Shown here: positions 62,561-64,000 of the stretch, piece after piece
How the letters are laid out: every line of letters begins with the position of its first letter
Position numbering within the stretch: position 1 is the stretch's first letter
Source: Felis catus
Taxonomy: Eukaryota
DNA: 64,000 bases
Direction of reading: 5' to 3'
NCBI RefSeq assembly: GCF_018350175.1
Contig: NC_058371.1
Span: 121,458,001 to 121,522,000 of the forward strand
Notes under the pieces: model-generated
What the model was told of the DNA's origin: nothing
The model's database searches: none
What the model saw: only the letters and a program-made list of their open reading frames with translations
Made by a program: the position numbers and the translations under genes

Positions 62561-62767
62561 AATTGTTAATGTTTATTTATTTTTCAAAGAGAGAGAGAGA
62601 GAGTGAGAGCGAGGGAGAGGGGCAGAGGGAGTCAGAGAGGATCCCAAGCAGGCTCTGCACTGTCAGTACAGAGCCCGACGAGGGGCTCCAACTCACATAC
62701 GGTGAGAACATGACCTAAGCTGAAATCAAGAGTCAGACACTTAACCAACTGGGCCACCGAGGCACTC
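62561..62767 (-). mobile_element. Older carnivore SINEC
   Basis: gctgaaatcaagagtcagacacttaacc head; TSD TTCATATAATAT. Confidence 0.9.
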
Positions 62768-63361
62768 CATTTTCATATAATATATTTTAAGCTTGAAAGT
62801 CTTTTGTTAATATTTCTTCTTTACAATAAAATCAAGATTATAAATTAAAATTACATTTTTAAAAATTTCCTGTAATCATTAGACTTTAAATGTTAATGTC
62901 TTGATCGAGTTAACTTTACGAATAATAATCATATACAATTATCAAAACAACATTAAGTATGTTTTTGAATTTTATAAATACTACTAAACACAAAAATACT
63001 ATCATCTCTCAGATGATTCTTTTAAAGTAGTGAATTAATTTATAGATAAATAACTGGTTTTTGCTAGAATTAGAGGATTAGGCATCATTTCTTATGTTTC
63101 TACAGATGTAAGCTCTGAAAAAACATATTTATATCAATTAGTACATGGGAATTGAGGAGATGTAGTTATTATAATATCAAATTGTAATCAATCTTTGAGC
63201 TACTTTCAAGATAAGATGCCAAAATCACACAAATATGAATCACCAAAAAATATTTTCAATGATCAATAAGCAGATAATTCAATTAGATTTTCTTTCAATA
63301 TTATTGCAATCAAAGGATTAAAAAACACCCGACTTGCAAAAAGACTTGTTACCGAGATGGA

Positions 63362-63747
63362 TTACCTAGTTTGCTTACACTGCCAGAACAAATACCACAG
63401 AAGGGGTGGCTTAAAGAGAAATATATTTCCTTGCAATCCTGGAAGCTAACATGTGAGATCAAGGTGTTGGCAGAATCAAGGTGTTTTCTCTGAAGGCACT
63501 CTCCCGGGCTAGTGCGTGCCTGTCCTCTTTCTCAATCTTCACATTGTCTTCCCTCTGCACTGTTTACGTCCAAATCTCCTCTTCTTATAAGGACGTCAGT
63601 CGTATTGCATTAGGAGTCACCCTAATGACCTCGTTTAATTTAATCATCTCTTTAAAGACCCTGCCTGCAGGTACAGTCACATGCTGAGGTACTGGGAGTT
63701 AGGACTTCCACATACGAGTATCGGGGGTATACAAGTCAGCCCATACA
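63362..63747 (-). mobile_element. MaLR solo LTR (MLT1A/B-like)
   Basis: aacaaataccacaga...ccctaatgacctc...tacagtcacatgctgaggtactggg...cagcccataca. Confidence 0.85.
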
Positions 63748-64000
63748 ACCAGACATTCAAATAGTTCGCATTCTCAATACTATCCTACAGCAATATTTCA
63801 AACTGTCCCTTTGTTTGGTACCTTACAAGCTAGGTCATTACACCCCAAAATATAGCATTGTATTAAGATTGGCCAACAGAGAGAGGCACGTCTTTTGTGA
63901 AATGGAGAAAGAGGGCCGTTACACAGGAAGCGAGCGATCAAGACCTACATCTCAAGTAACTTCTCAGGAAGATCAATTTTTAAGGAGGAGCGCTTATAGA

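Noticed and set aside
92-62767. Recurring ~200-bp repeat giving many similar short ORFs (WVAQSVKRPTSAQV...)
   Set aside because: Dispersed Can-SINEs with TSDs; not a CRISPR array, gene family or functional tRNA genes.

Overview
Felid (cat-family) genomic DNA, judged from about 38 tRNA-derived Can-SINEs, most of them of the feline SINEC_Fc/Fc2 type; the species cannot be fixed from sequence alone. One protein-coding gene is supported: DDIT4L (REDD2/RTP801L, an mTORC1 repressor) on the + strand. It has a TATA-containing CpG-island promoter (TATAAA 54619), non-coding exon 1 (~54648-54800), exon 2 (55106-55245, ATG 55155), exon 3 (57129 to a poly(A) region near 59340), and an intact 193-aa CDS. 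The 54 kb upstream is intergenic: SINEs, L1 fragments, MIR/L2, MaLR/ERV LTR remnants, hAT MITEs and several N gaps. I found no prokaryote-like system, CRISPR array, rRNA, tRNA gene or second gene, and I do not claim a new biological system. Best leads, all needing data: (1) an alternative intron-1 acceptor that would expose an in-frame ATG and add a 51-aa presequence-like N-terminus to REDD2; (2) an intron-2 read-through/intronic poly(A) route to a 49-aa peptide; (3) three miR-128 seed sites lying distal to a proximal poly(A) signal; (4) a CpG-rich MER20-associated element with an MRE/E-box palindrome 22 kb upstream; (5) an internally deleted, possibly spliced L1 inserted in a MIR. Counts and repeat boundaries were read by hand, and repeat family names come from recalled consensus sequences, not a database search.
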